DNA of 64,000 bases, taken from an uncultured Roseivirga sp. (lineage in GTDB: Bacteria; Bacteroidota; Bacteroidia; Cytophagales; Cyclobacteriaceae). The notes under the pieces were generated by a model. That model was not told the DNA's origin. It was given only the letters and a program-made list of their open reading frames with translations, and did no database searches. The number at the start of each line of letters is the position of its first letter. Within the stretch, counting starts at the first letter, position 1. Position numbers and translations under genes: made by a program. This document shows, piece after piece, positions 40,598-50,113 of the stretch. The stretch is from assembly GCA_947493005.1 (NCBI GenBank), contig CANLOY010000002.1, positions 461,810 through 525,809 of the forward strand, given 5' to 3'.

Positions 40598-41482
40598 TTA
40601 GTTTTTTAGATTAAGTGTTACTTGAAAGTTCTCATATTGAGTATTTGTATGAGTTACGGTCTCTATACCATCTATTTCACCTTTTGAGATGTCACTGATA
40701 TGCATAAGGCGTGGTGCACTTCCTGTCTTATCATATTTAAGTCTGGAAATATCTATCAGCTCATTCTTCTCATTATAATTCCTTATTTGCTCAATAGTCT
40801 GATCTTTGTCATTCACGATCAATTCCTGTTTAAAATAGGTTTGTGTCAGTTCATCAAAATAATCGTTCTTCAATCTTGTGTACCCTCCGCTTGATTTTAC
40901 CACTCCTTCGACATTTCCATCTGCAGGATTGAGTGCCCATAGAAATGGATTACCTGAAGCCATACCAGAAGCTACTGCATTGAGCTTACTCTCACTTCTT
41001 TTAATCTCTTCCAATACATCAGAAAAATCTCCCAGATCCTGGTTCATACTATGAATCAAGCGCATTGATTCATCATAGTACAAAACACTACCTCCATTAA
41101 AATGAATATATCTAGTTTCGACAGGTGTGTTTTCAGGGCTCGCCTCCTCGTACTCAGATTCAAAACCTATCTGTTCAACTGGAATTATTTCAGTAAATAT
41201 TTCAAGGCTACCATTGTGGTGAATCGAAATCTGATAACTCTCCTTGCTCTGAATAGGAATAGAAAAAACAGCCAATTGATCTGGAAGTCCTCCCTGTTCA
41301 AATCCAGGAAAACTGTTCCAACTTTCCTCCGTTGTTTCATACTTAATAGTTAATGCTGCATCATTAGCAGCCTGACTAACCAAAGTACCCCATTGCTCAT
41401 CTTCCTCTCTACAACTTACTAAACCTAGTAGCAAAAGGAAGGCGTAGAAAACCAATACTCTCTTCTTAAAGAAATCCATCAT
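40598..41482 (-). CDS. Hypothetical lipoprotein
   Basis: Lipobox LVSC followed by acidic REEDE; ends 3 nt before the hydrolase start. Confidence 0.75.
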   Translation of the reverse strand: MMDFFKKRVLVFYAFLLLLGLVSCREEDEQWGTLVSQAANDAALTIKYETTEESWNSFPGFEQGGLPDQLAVFSIPIQSKESYQISIHHNGSLEIFTEIIPVEQIGFESEYEEASPENTPVETRYIHFNGGSVLYYDESMRLIHSMNQDLGDFSDVLEEIKRSESKLNAVASGMASGNPFLWALNPADGNVEGVVKSSGGYTRLKNDYFDELTQTYFKQELIVNDKDQTIEQIRNYNEKNELIDISRLKYDKTGSAPRLMHISDISKGEIDGIETVTHTNTQYENFQVTLNLKN

Positions 41483-41960
41483 ATTATAAAGTTTGTTTCA
41501 AAGGTTTGACCATTAAAAAATGGCATTTAAACACACACTGACTAGCAGCATGCTTTTAAGGAAAGGCAACTATTTTTGGGATTAATGAGGAATAACTGAG
41601 AAGAAAAACTAAACCTTTACCACTGGAATACAGTGTAAAAAACAAGTGCTCCCATTATAAATAATGGTAAATTATTAATTCAGCAATTGCTTCGATACGA
41701 GTCCACATACAGGTTCACTAGAAAAGTAAACCATTATATAATACTACAAATTCCAGTGTTGAAACAGCCAGTATTATTGCTTTTTCCAATGAAAGCCAAG
41801 AAACTCCTATGAACTACTAAAGGTTACAGATGATCGAATACACAGCAACTATGAAAATGTAAGTCTACTATTATTTTCTAGAATCGTTTATTGAAAATAA
41901 CAAAGTGTATTAAAACGTAGGAATACTCTATCATTACCTCATTCCTTTTCGTAATTCCCA

Positions 41961-41968
41961 TATATTTG
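41961..41968 (+). promoter_or_regulatory. -7 element TATATTTG of lgt
   Basis: Consensus match overlapping the track's TTG start; supports ATG 41993. Confidence 0.6.
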
Positions 41969-41992
41969 TTGTTTTCCACAAAAGACTTAATA

Positions 41993-43114
41993 ATGTTTCT
42001 GTACATAGTTTGGGACCCCATGAGGGAAATCATCAAGGATATCCAGCCACCAGTTTGGTACAGTGTGCTTTTTGCAATGGGTTTCATTATTGGCTACCAA
42101 ATTATGGTACACATCTTCAAAAAAGAGGGAAAAGACCCTCTAAACGTAGATACCCTCACCGTTCATATGGTGTTAGCTACAATAGTTGGTGCGCGTTTAG
42201 GTCATTTGGTGTTTTATGAGCCACAAAGATTTCTGGCAGATCCCTTAATGTTCTTTAGAACCTGGGAAGGTGGTTTGGCAAGTCATGGAGCTGCCTTTGG
42301 TATTCTTGGAGCACTATTGTTGTACAGCAATTACTTTGTCGAAGCTAGTTGGTCTCCATTCAGGTTTAAATTCATCAGACAAAAAAGAAAAGGCCAAAGC
42401 TATTTATGGATTGTGGATCGAATAGTTATTACTGTAGCACTAGCAGCTGTTTTCATCCGTATGGGAAACTTTGTCAATTCTGAAATCATAGGCAAACCAA
42501 CAGAATCAAACCATGGAGTTGTTTTTGGCAGAGTTGCAGAAGAAAGAATCGAAGATAGATTCTCAACAGTTGAAAGTGTAGAAGCATCAAAAGGTACCAG
42601 TCAGGAAAGCAACACCCCAGGCATTGTACCTGTTGACCTTAGAGTTGACTTCACAAGACAGGTAGATGAGCAAGTTGCCAGACAGTTAGTTGAAACACAG
42701 ATAAGGTCCATGCTGCTCAATGACGGAAACATTACAGAACACTACAGTCAACCTAATGCTCCTTTGGTGTATGATTTAAAACTTGTGGACCGAAAGTGGC
42801 AAGCCACAATTCATACATGGGGTATATCCAGGCATCCTGCTCAGCTTTATGAGTCTGCCACTTCACTAATATTATTTATCCTCTTGCTTGCTATTTGGGT
42901 GAAGTATAAAGAAAGAACACCTGAAGGCCTGCTTATTGGCATATTTCTGGTGTGGATTTTTGCACTCAGATGGTTCCATGAAACTTTTAAAGAAAATCAA
43001 GTCGCTTTCGAAGACGACATGACTTACAATATGGGACAGTTGCTAAGCATCCCTTTGCTTGCATTAGGGGTATTCATCTTGATAAGAGTCTTTATAAAGT
43101 CAAGAAAATCTTAG
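41993..43114 (+). CDS. lgt: Prolipoprotein diacylglyceryl transferase (track start 41966)
   Basis: GARLGH, GGLASHG, IRMGNFVNSEI, RHPAQLYE, MGQLLS. Confidence 0.96.
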   Translation: MFLYIVWDPMREIIKDIQPPVWYSVLFAMGFIIGYQIMVHIFKKEGKDPLNVDTLTVHMVLATIVGARLGHLVFYEPQRFLADPLMFFRTWEGGLASHGAAFGILGALLLYSNYFVEASWSPFRFKFIRQKRKGQSYLWIVDRIVITVALAAVFIRMGNFVNSEIIGKPTESNHGVVFGRVAEERIEDRFSTVESVEASKGTSQESNTPGIVPVDLRVDFTRQVDEQVARQLVETQIRSMLLNDGNITEHYSQPNAPLVYDLKLVDRKWQATIHTWGISRHPAQLYESATSLILFILLLAIWVKYKERTPEGLLIGIFLVWIFALRWFHETFKENQVAFEDDMTYNMGQLLSIPLLALGVFILIRVFIKSRKS

Positions 43115-43120
43115 TAGCGA

Positions 43121-44545
43121 GTGTCAAGGAGTAGAAGTTGTTGGTTTTTCATATTGTTTTTACTAATAGGAGGCCCTCTTTGGTCGCAGGTACAAGATAT
43201 ATCTAAACTTGATCCTGAGTCTGAAGTCACTGTCGGTAAAATCTACATAACTGGCAACAATAAAACCCGGCTGGAAATTATCAAAAGAGAACTTGACTTC
43301 GAAGAGGGTCAAAAACTTAAGCTGGTTGACTTTGCTCAAAAAGTAGTATTAGATCAACAAAAGCTAATTAACACCAGGCTCTTCGTTTATGTCGATGTTG
43401 TTCCCCTATTTATGTCTGATGAGGAAGTAGATGTGCTAATCAGACTCCAGGAGCGATGGTACATTTTCCCCCTACCCATCTTTAAACTAGCTGATAGGAA
43501 TTTCACAGAGTGGTGGGTAAACCAAAAAAGAGATTTTTCCAGAGTCAACTATGGTGCACAGTTGATACACACTAATCTAACCGGGCGTAATGACAGGTTC
43601 AGGTTTAGAGCACAGTTTGGGTTTGCTAAACAGTTTTCAGCTAGTTATAGTCTCCCATATGTCAATTCTAAGCAAACCATTGGCGTAGCGTTCTCTTCCA
43701 GTTTTACAACAAATAAAACTGTTAGTGTTAATAGCAGTGGTCACAGGCAACAGTTTATAGAAAGTGACAATGCTATTAGAAAATCATTCGCCACAAGCGC
43801 AGCGTTAACTTATCGACCTTCCTTTTACACCAGACATAATTTCAACCTTGGTTTCCTACGCTCCTCAATTGCAGATACCATTAGAAACCTAAATCCCACT
43901 TATCATAGGCAAAACCAGAGTATTCAAAAGTATTTGCGCTTTTCATACACTTTCTCATTGGACAAGAGAGATTACATTGCTTATCCCTTAAAAGGAAGTG
44001 TTTTCAGTCTAAGGTTTAATCAAGTAGGATTGGGCGTTTTCAATGACCTGAATATGACCACCACACGCTTGACCTATGCCAAGTATATGGATCTAAAGAA
44101 CAACTTCTACTGGGCCAATAGAACTGAGGTTTATAATAATTTCTCGAACAACATACCCTACCTGAACAGAACTGGATTTGGCTACAGGCCTGATTTCATA
44201 CGTGGTTATGAGCGCTTTGTAGTTGAAAGTAACATGCTCATCTCGCACAGAAGCTCTTTCCGCTTTAAAGTATTAGAAGGGGTTCAAGAGTTGAGTCGAA
44301 GAAGCTTGATTAATCAGTTTAGGACATTGCCTTATGCATTTTACCTGAAAGTATTTTTGGATGCGGGGTACACTGGATCTCCCTTAGATTCTACGCAAAA
44401 CAACTTCTTTAATAATGAGTGGATAGGCAGCCTTGGACTGGGAATAGATATAGTAACTTATTACGATTTTGTCTTCAGACTTGAATACAGTATTAATAGA
44501 GAAGGGAGCACGGGACTATTCTTCAATTTCAAGTCAGCCCTCTAA
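43121..44545 (+). CDS. BamA/TamA-like outer membrane protein with one POTRA domain
   Basis: IYITGNNKTRLEIIKREL POTRA; NLTGRND; IRGYE; C-terminal F...L barrel end. Confidence 0.8.
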   Translation: MSRSRSCWFFILFLLIGGPLWSQVQDISKLDPESEVTVGKIYITGNNKTRLEIIKRELDFEEGQKLKLVDFAQKVVLDQQKLINTRLFVYVDVVPLFMSDEEVDVLIRLQERWYIFPLPIFKLADRNFTEWWVNQKRDFSRVNYGAQLIHTNLTGRNDRFRFRAQFGFAKQFSASYSLPYVNSKQTIGVAFSSSFTTNKTVSVNSSGHRQQFIESDNAIRKSFATSAALTYRPSFYTRHNFNLGFLRSSIADTIRNLNPTYHRQNQSIQKYLRFSYTFSLDKRDYIAYPLKGSVFSLRFNQVGLGVFNDLNMTTTRLTYAKYMDLKNNFYWANRTEVYNNFSNNIPYLNRTGFGYRPDFIRGYERFVVESNMLISHRSSFRFKVLEGVQELSRRSLINQFRTLPYAFYLKVFLDAGYTGSPLDSTQNNFFNNEWIGSLGLGIDIVTYYDFVFRLEYSINREGSTGLFFNFKSAL

Positions 44546-44603
44546 TACTGTTGTTTGTAGTTTTTTAAAACTTAAAACTGAGTTGATTTCATATATTTAA
44601 CAA

Positions 44604-45422
44604 GTGCGAAAAGTTTCACTCCTGATATTTATCTTTTCAACCGTTAAGTTGTCCTTATGGGGGCAATTAGCAGGCACTCCTCCTACCGGGCCAGTTTCCT
44701 TAGGTTTGGGTGGAATCTCTTCACCAATGGAGAATCATTGGGCTATTTTTAACAACCCTGCTGGTTTAAATAAAACAGATCATATAACTGGAGTATTTGC
44801 ATACCAAACTATTTTCAACTTCTCCCCCTTTAATACCGTATCTGCAGCCATTAATATACCTACGGCTATAGGTGTGGGTTCATTTGGAGCCTACAGGTTT
44901 GGAGATGAACTATTCAGCAGCCAAATGGTAAGTTTTGGCTTTGCAAAGCGAATAGGCATCATGAGTTTGGGAGTTAAAGCAAACTTTCTCCAATACAACA
45001 TTGATGGTTTCGGAAAAAGGTCTGTCTTTGTTGCTGAAATTGGAGGTATTGCTGCGCTTTCGCCAGAAATAAGTTTTGGAACACACATATACAACTTTAC
45101 TCAATCGGTAATCAATGCTGAATCGCAAGAAAAAGTACCTACTTTAATTCGGCTTTCAGTTGATTATCATCCCAATGATCAACTCAACCTCTTTATTGAG
45201 GGAGAAAAAGATGTTGATCTTGATCCAGACTTTAAGTTTGGGATGTCATACAAGGTTATTGATGAACTTATACTTAGAACAGGTTTTTCCACAGTAAGTA
45301 ATAAGCACTCGTTTGGTGCAGGTTTTGAGATCAAGCGCTTCACAATAGACTACGGGCTAAGAGCAAATCAAAATGTGGGTTCTACACATAATTTTGGTTT
45401 GACCTACAAGCTCGGTGATTAG
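44604..45422 (+). CDS. PorV/FadL-like outer membrane beta-barrel protein
   Basis: SLGLGG...WAIFNNPAGL; C-terminal IDYG...LG.TH.F. Confidence 0.7.
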   Translation: MRKVSLLIFIFSTVKLSLWGQLAGTPPTGPVSLGLGGISSPMENHWAIFNNPAGLNKTDHITGVFAYQTIFNFSPFNTVSAAINIPTAIGVGSFGAYRFGDELFSSQMVSFGFAKRIGIMSLGVKANFLQYNIDGFGKRSVFVAEIGGIAALSPEISFGTHIYNFTQSVINAESQEKVPTLIRLSVDYHPNDQLNLFIEGEKDVDLDPDFKFGMSYKVIDELILRTGFSTVSNKHSFGAGFEIKRFTIDYGLRANQNVGSTHNFGLTYKLGD

Positions 45423-47478
45423 GCGTATCTTAACATACTCACTCATATTTATCAGTCTGTCTACAGTGAGTTTATCTGGTCAGGAAAAACTTATTTTCGA
45501 CCTTCAGGAGTTCATTGAAAGCAATTTCAACATTCAAGATGAGTCTCTGAATTATGAAGACCTATACGAACGTTTGTTTTTGCTCTACGAGGACCCTATT
45601 AATTTAAATGATGTTTCAGAAGAAGACCTTCTTGCCCTTCATATCCTTTCAACAAACCAGGTTTCCGCTCTACTGGATTATATATTAACAAGAGGCAAGC
45701 TAATTTCCATTTACGAACTCTTGTATATTAATGGCTTCGACAATGGAACTATCAATAAGCTCCTTCCATTCGTTTCGGTCAGTCAAGTAAAAACAGACGG
45801 AAGGTCACTGTTCAAAAGAATCATTCAAGAAAAGAACAATTACTTCATTCTTAGGTATGAAAGAACTCTGGAGGAAAAAAGAGGTTATCAATCAGCTACG
45901 GATGACGGCTACCTTGGTTCACCTGATAAACTTTACTTTCGCTATAGAGTATCAAATCCAAAAGACTTTAGCGTAGGGTTCACCATGGAAAAAGATGCTG
46001 GTGAGACACTATTTGGCAATAATGCTTTTAAAAAAAGAGGAATAGACTTTTGGTCTGCTCACCTACTCTTTGAAAACAAAAGGAAATGGAAAAAAATAGT
46101 GCTAGGAGACTACCAGTTGCAACTCGGTCAAGGCCTGTTATATGGAGCTGGATTTGGTATTGGAAAAGGATCTGAAACCATCAACAATCTGGAAAAAGCA
46201 CACATGGGAATCAGACCATACACTTCAGTAATCGAGGGAGGTTTTCTCAGAGGTGTAGCTGCTACTTATGGAATTAGCAATAAGGTCAATACCACAATCT
46301 TTACATCTCACCTTAAACAAGATGCCAACATTCAAACTGGCGACCTTGAAGATTTTCAAACCTATTTTTCATCAATACAATTGTCGGGCTTTCACAGAAC
46401 CCATTCTGAACTAGCTCGAAAAGGTGCCATAGACGAAACGCTAGCTGGTATTGATATAAGTTATAAACCAAACCATCTAAATCGAGTTGGCTTTATTGCC
46501 AGTATTAACCGTTTTTCGGTACCTATTCTAAGAGCTAATAAACCTTACAATCAATTCGAGTTTTCGGGATCAACCAATTCTAACTTGGGCCTATACGGCA
46601 AAACTTCATGGCATCAGTTCAATTTCTTTGGAGAAACTTCCATATCAAGGAGCGGTGGTCTGGGTATGGTTATGGGTTTTACGTCCAGCCTATCTGCGAG
46701 AATTGATTTTGCCATGATCTTTAGAAACTTCCAAAAGAATTTCCACTCTCTGAGAAGTTCAGCCTTTTCAGAAGGTAGCAGAAACATTAATGAAAGCGGG
46801 ATTTATTGGGGGATAAAGTACATTTTAAACAAGCGTTTCAATCTTTCCGCCTATTTCGACACGTTCAGGTTTCCATGGTTAAGGTTCAGAACCAACGCCC
46901 CGTCCGAAGGAAAAGACTACCTCATAAGGTTAAACTATTCGCCTAACCGAAAAGTCAATACCTATTTTCAGCTAAGAAGTAAAGTCAAAGATCAAAACTT
47001 CCGAGATTTAGAAACCAATCATATTAATGTGCTACCTGGCAAAAAGAAGCAATACCTGTTCAATTTAGATGTAGAGATTAACCACTCACTCATTTTGAAG
47101 TCAAGAGTTCAGCATAGTAAGTATCAAATTGCTACGAATAAAACCAGTGGATATGCTTTCAGCCAGGATGCTACTTATAAACATAATAACCTAACAATCA
47201 GTGGACGACTTGCACTCTTTGACACAGAAGGAGCAGAAAACAGGCAATATATGTATGAGAGAGACGTATTATACGCGTTTTCGATCCCAGCTTATAGCGG
47301 TAGAGGAATACGCAATTATGTATTAATCAGTTACCGGTTAAACACAAACATAGACTTGTGGGCACGGCTCTCCAGAACAACTTTCTATGATCGATCAGAA
47401 ATTGGCACAGGGCTTGAAACGATTGATGGGAATAAAAAAACAGATATTAAGTTTCAAATCCGTTATAAGATCAGATAA
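45415..47478 (+). CDS. Helix-hairpin-helix (ComEA-like) domain fused to an outer membrane beta-barrel
   Basis: PINLNDVSEEDLLAL...ISIYELLYINGF...LLPFV; barrel-like C-terminal part ending FQIRYKIR. Confidence 0.8.
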   Translation: MIRRILTYSLIFISLSTVSLSGQEKLIFDLQEFIESNFNIQDESLNYEDLYERLFLLYEDPINLNDVSEEDLLALHILSTNQVSALLDYILTRGKLISIYELLYINGFDNGTINKLLPFVSVSQVKTDGRSLFKRIIQEKNNYFILRYERTLEEKRGYQSATDDGYLGSPDKLYFRYRVSNPKDFSVGFTMEKDAGETLFGNNAFKKRGIDFWSAHLLFENKRKWKKIVLGDYQLQLGQGLLYGAGFGIGKGSETINNLEKAHMGIRPYTSVIEGGFLRGVAATYGISNKVNTTIFTSHLKQDANIQTGDLEDFQTYFSSIQLSGFHRTHSELARKGAIDETLAGIDISYKPNHLNRVGFIASINRFSVPILRANKPYNQFEFSGSTNSNLGLYGKTSWHQFNFFGETSISRSGGLGMVMGFTSSLSARIDFAMIFRNFQKNFHSLRSSAFSEGSRNINESGIYWGIKYILNKRFNLSAYFDTFRFPWLRFRTNAPSEGKDYLIRLNYSPNRKVNTYFQLRSKVKDQNFRDLETNHINVLPGKKKQYLFNLDVEINHSLILKSRVQHSKYQIATNKTSGYAFSQDATYKHNNLTISGRLALFDTEGAENRQYMYERDVLYAFSIPAYSGRGIRNYVLISYRLNTNIDLWARLSRTTFYDRSEIGTGLETIDGNKKTDIKFQIRYKIR

Positions 47479-47555
47479 TCTTTCCATTCAGAGATTATCA
47501 TTTGTGAGGGACTTCAAACTTTGATATTTTCCGTTTTTAATAAAAAAAGATCAAT

Positions 47556-49457
47556 ATGAACATTAGACGAGTAGTATTGCAGCTTTCATTACTCCTTTCT
47601 GTTTCAGCCGTTTTGATGGCTCAGGGCAGAGCAACAAAAAAAGATAATGAACGATGGCAACAGCGCGTAAATTATTATATGGAAGTCGATATGGATGTAA
47701 ATACCAATCGATTCCAGGGTTTCCAAAAATTGGATTACACTAACAACTCGCCTGACGAATTGAATCAGGTGTTTTATCACCTCTATTTCAACGCATTCCA
47801 GCCAGGAAGCATGATGGACGTTCGTTCAAGAACCATTGCTGACCCTGATAGAAGAGTAAGAGATAGAATATCAAAATTAAAAGATGATGAAATAGGCTAT
47901 CAAAAGATATTCTCTCTGAAACAAGATGGTAAAGATGTTGAATATGAAGTAGTGGGTACCGTTTTAGAGGTTAAGCTCAACGAGCCAATTAAGCCGGGTG
48001 GTACGACTACTTTTGAAATGACATTCGAAGGGCAAGTACCCCTTCAAATAAGGAGGTCTGGTAGAGATAATGCGGAAGGTGTTCGCTATTCTATGTCTCA
48101 ATGGTTCCCCAAACTAGCCGAGTATGATTACCAAGGCTGGCATGCCGATGAATACATTGGTCGTGAATTTTACGGAGTTTGGGGAGATTTTGAACTTAAG
48201 CTTACGATAGATAAAGATTATGTAGTTGGAGGAACAGGTTATTTACAGAACCCTCAGGAAATTGGTCATGGTTATGAAAATGAAGGCCAAGCGGTTAACC
48301 AAAAAGTAAGAAACGGTAAACTGACCTGGCACTTTTTAGCTCCCGATGTCCATGATTTTATGTGGGCTGCAGATCCAGACTACGTCCACGATAAGTTAAC
48401 CATGAAAAATGGAACAGTACTTCACTTCTTACACCAAAAAGGCCAGAATGAAGAAAACTGGAAAAAACTCATCCCACTTACAGAAATGTCTTTTGAGTAT
48501 GCCAATGAGCACTTTGGACAGTATCCTTATAATCAGTTCTCTGTAATCCAGGGAGGTGATGGTGGCATGGAGTACCCAATGTCAACATTGATCACTGGTC
48601 AAAGAGGTAGTCTCTTAGGAGTTACCATACACGAGTCTATGCACGATTGGTACCATGGAGTGCTAGGCAGCAATGAAGCATTACACCCTTGGATGGATGA
48701 AGGCTTTACATCTTATGCTTCTGCCGAAATATCTAGACATATTGCCAGAACAGTACGAGGAGAAGATCCTCCTGCAGTAACTATAGAGAATATTGGTTCC
48801 AGAGCTGGTCAGGGTGGATACCTGAACTCAGCCAGAAGTGGTAGAGAAGAGGCTTTGAGCACACACTCTGATCACTATGATTACAATGGTATTTATGGTG
48901 CGGCTGCTTATGGGAAAGGAGCAGTTTGGATGAGTATGATGGGTTATGTTATAGGCGAAGAAGCCAGGAACAAAGGTTTGTTGGAATACTTTAACCAATG
49001 GAAGTTCAAGCACCCTAATCCTAATGATGTACTAAGGGTTTTTGAGGAAGTTTCAGGACTCGAACTGGATTGGTACAACGAATATTTTGTATACACCACC
49101 AAACAAATAGATTACGGTGTAAAAGAAGTAGTTGGTGAAGGCAATAAGACCAAAGTCACACTGGAGAAGGTTAAGAAAATGCCAATGCCAATTGACGTTG
49201 TGGTTACTTATAAGGATGGTACCAAAGAAGTACACTATATGGCGCTTAGAATGATGAGAGGTCAAAAGAAGGCTGAAACAAATGACAAGCGAATTGTTCA
49301 TGAAGATTGGCCTTGGACTAACCCAACTTATGAGCTTTCCATAGACAGACCTATATCAGAAATTGTATCTGTAGAAATAGACCCTTCTGGTAGAATGGCA
49401 GACATCAATAAGGACAACAACAAATGGGAAGCCGATAAGATTGGCAACAAGAAATAA
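47556..49457 (+). CDS. M1 family aminopeptidase
   Basis: GGMEYP, HESMHDW...DEGF, AYGKG. Confidence 0.92.
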   Translation: MNIRRVVLQLSLLLSVSAVLMAQGRATKKDNERWQQRVNYYMEVDMDVNTNRFQGFQKLDYTNNSPDELNQVFYHLYFNAFQPGSMMDVRSRTIADPDRRVRDRISKLKDDEIGYQKIFSLKQDGKDVEYEVVGTVLEVKLNEPIKPGGTTTFEMTFEGQVPLQIRRSGRDNAEGVRYSMSQWFPKLAEYDYQGWHADEYIGREFYGVWGDFELKLTIDKDYVVGGTGYLQNPQEIGHGYENEGQAVNQKVRNGKLTWHFLAPDVHDFMWAADPDYVHDKLTMKNGTVLHFLHQKGQNEENWKKLIPLTEMSFEYANEHFGQYPYNQFSVIQGGDGGMEYPMSTLITGQRGSLLGVTIHESMHDWYHGVLGSNEALHPWMDEGFTSYASAEISRHIARTVRGEDPPAVTIENIGSRAGQGGYLNSARSGREEALSTHSDHYDYNGIYGAAAYGKGAVWMSMMGYVIGEEARNKGLLEYFNQWKFKHPNPNDVLRVFEEVSGLELDWYNEYFVYTTKQIDYGVKEVVGEGNKTKVTLEKVKKMPMPIDVVVTYKDGTKEVHYMALRMMRGQKKAETNDKRIVHEDWPWTNPTYELSIDRPISEIVSVEIDPSGRMADINKDNNKWEADKIGNKK

Positions 49458-49477
49458 ATAATTTAAATCATTGAAAG

Positions 49478-49506
49478 AGCCCGACAGAAGACTGTTGGGC
49501 TTTTTT
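49478..49506 (+). terminator. Intrinsic terminator after the M1 peptidase (convergent with marR)
   Basis: AGCCCGACAG-aaga-CTGTTGGGCT followed by T-run. Confidence 0.85.
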
Positions 49507-50113
49507 ATGCCGCATTATACTCTTCGCAATCAACTCTTATTTCGTCAGTATTCAGTTTCTTTTTAAGGAACGAACAACCGTGTCTTGAAACTTTGTCCCC
49601 CTCATAGAAACTACATCCAAAACACATTCTTTGAACTGGTATAAGTCCTAATTCGTTCATCTGATCCAATAGTCCATAAAGTCCCTCAAAAAGTTTCCCT
49701 TTCTTTGAACTCCCTAACTGACTTAACGCACTTTCAAGGTTATCTGTAAATCCCTCAGCTTCTTCTGTGATTTTTTCAGCCAGTGAGGTTAGTTTTAAAT
49801 AAAAGCTCCTTTTATCCTCTTCAACCGTCACTTTTTCAAGCAGTTGCTTTTTGAGTAAAACCCTGACAGAATCACTAATTGTTGCTTTTGTCATTTGGAA
49901 CTCTTTTGCCAAGTGACTCACTTTATTCCACCTTAAGTTGTGGTACTTTATAAAAAGCAATATCTGAACTTGTATTGGACTAATACCTAAAGGCTGAGCT
50001 TTGCTCCAAAGTGACTGACGAAAGAAGTCAGACAGTTTAGATATCAGCATTGTTACCTTGTAATCAGTATTGTTATGCTGATTCTTTAAGTCAAAGGGTG
50101 ATTTCCTATCCAT
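49505..50113 (-). CDS. MarR family regulator with C-terminal Cys4 domain
   Basis: ISPIQVQILLF, TKATISDSVRVL, EDKRS; C-terminal CFGC-x12-C-x15-C. Confidence 0.88.
   Translation of the reverse strand: MDRKSPFDLKNQHNNTDYKVTMLISKLSDFFRQSLWSKAQPLGISPIQVQILLFIKYHNLRWNKVSHLAKEFQMTKATISDSVRVLLKKQLLEKVTVEEDKRSFYLKLTSLAEKITEEAEGFTDNLESALSQLGSSKKGKLFEGLYGLLDQMNELGLIPVQRMCFGCSFYEGDKVSRHGCSFLKKKLNTDEIRVDCEEYNAA

Noticed and set aside
41878-42219. Track ORFs 41878-42087 (-) and 42010-42219 (+)
   Set aside because: They overlap lgt or its promoter and have no recognisable motifs.
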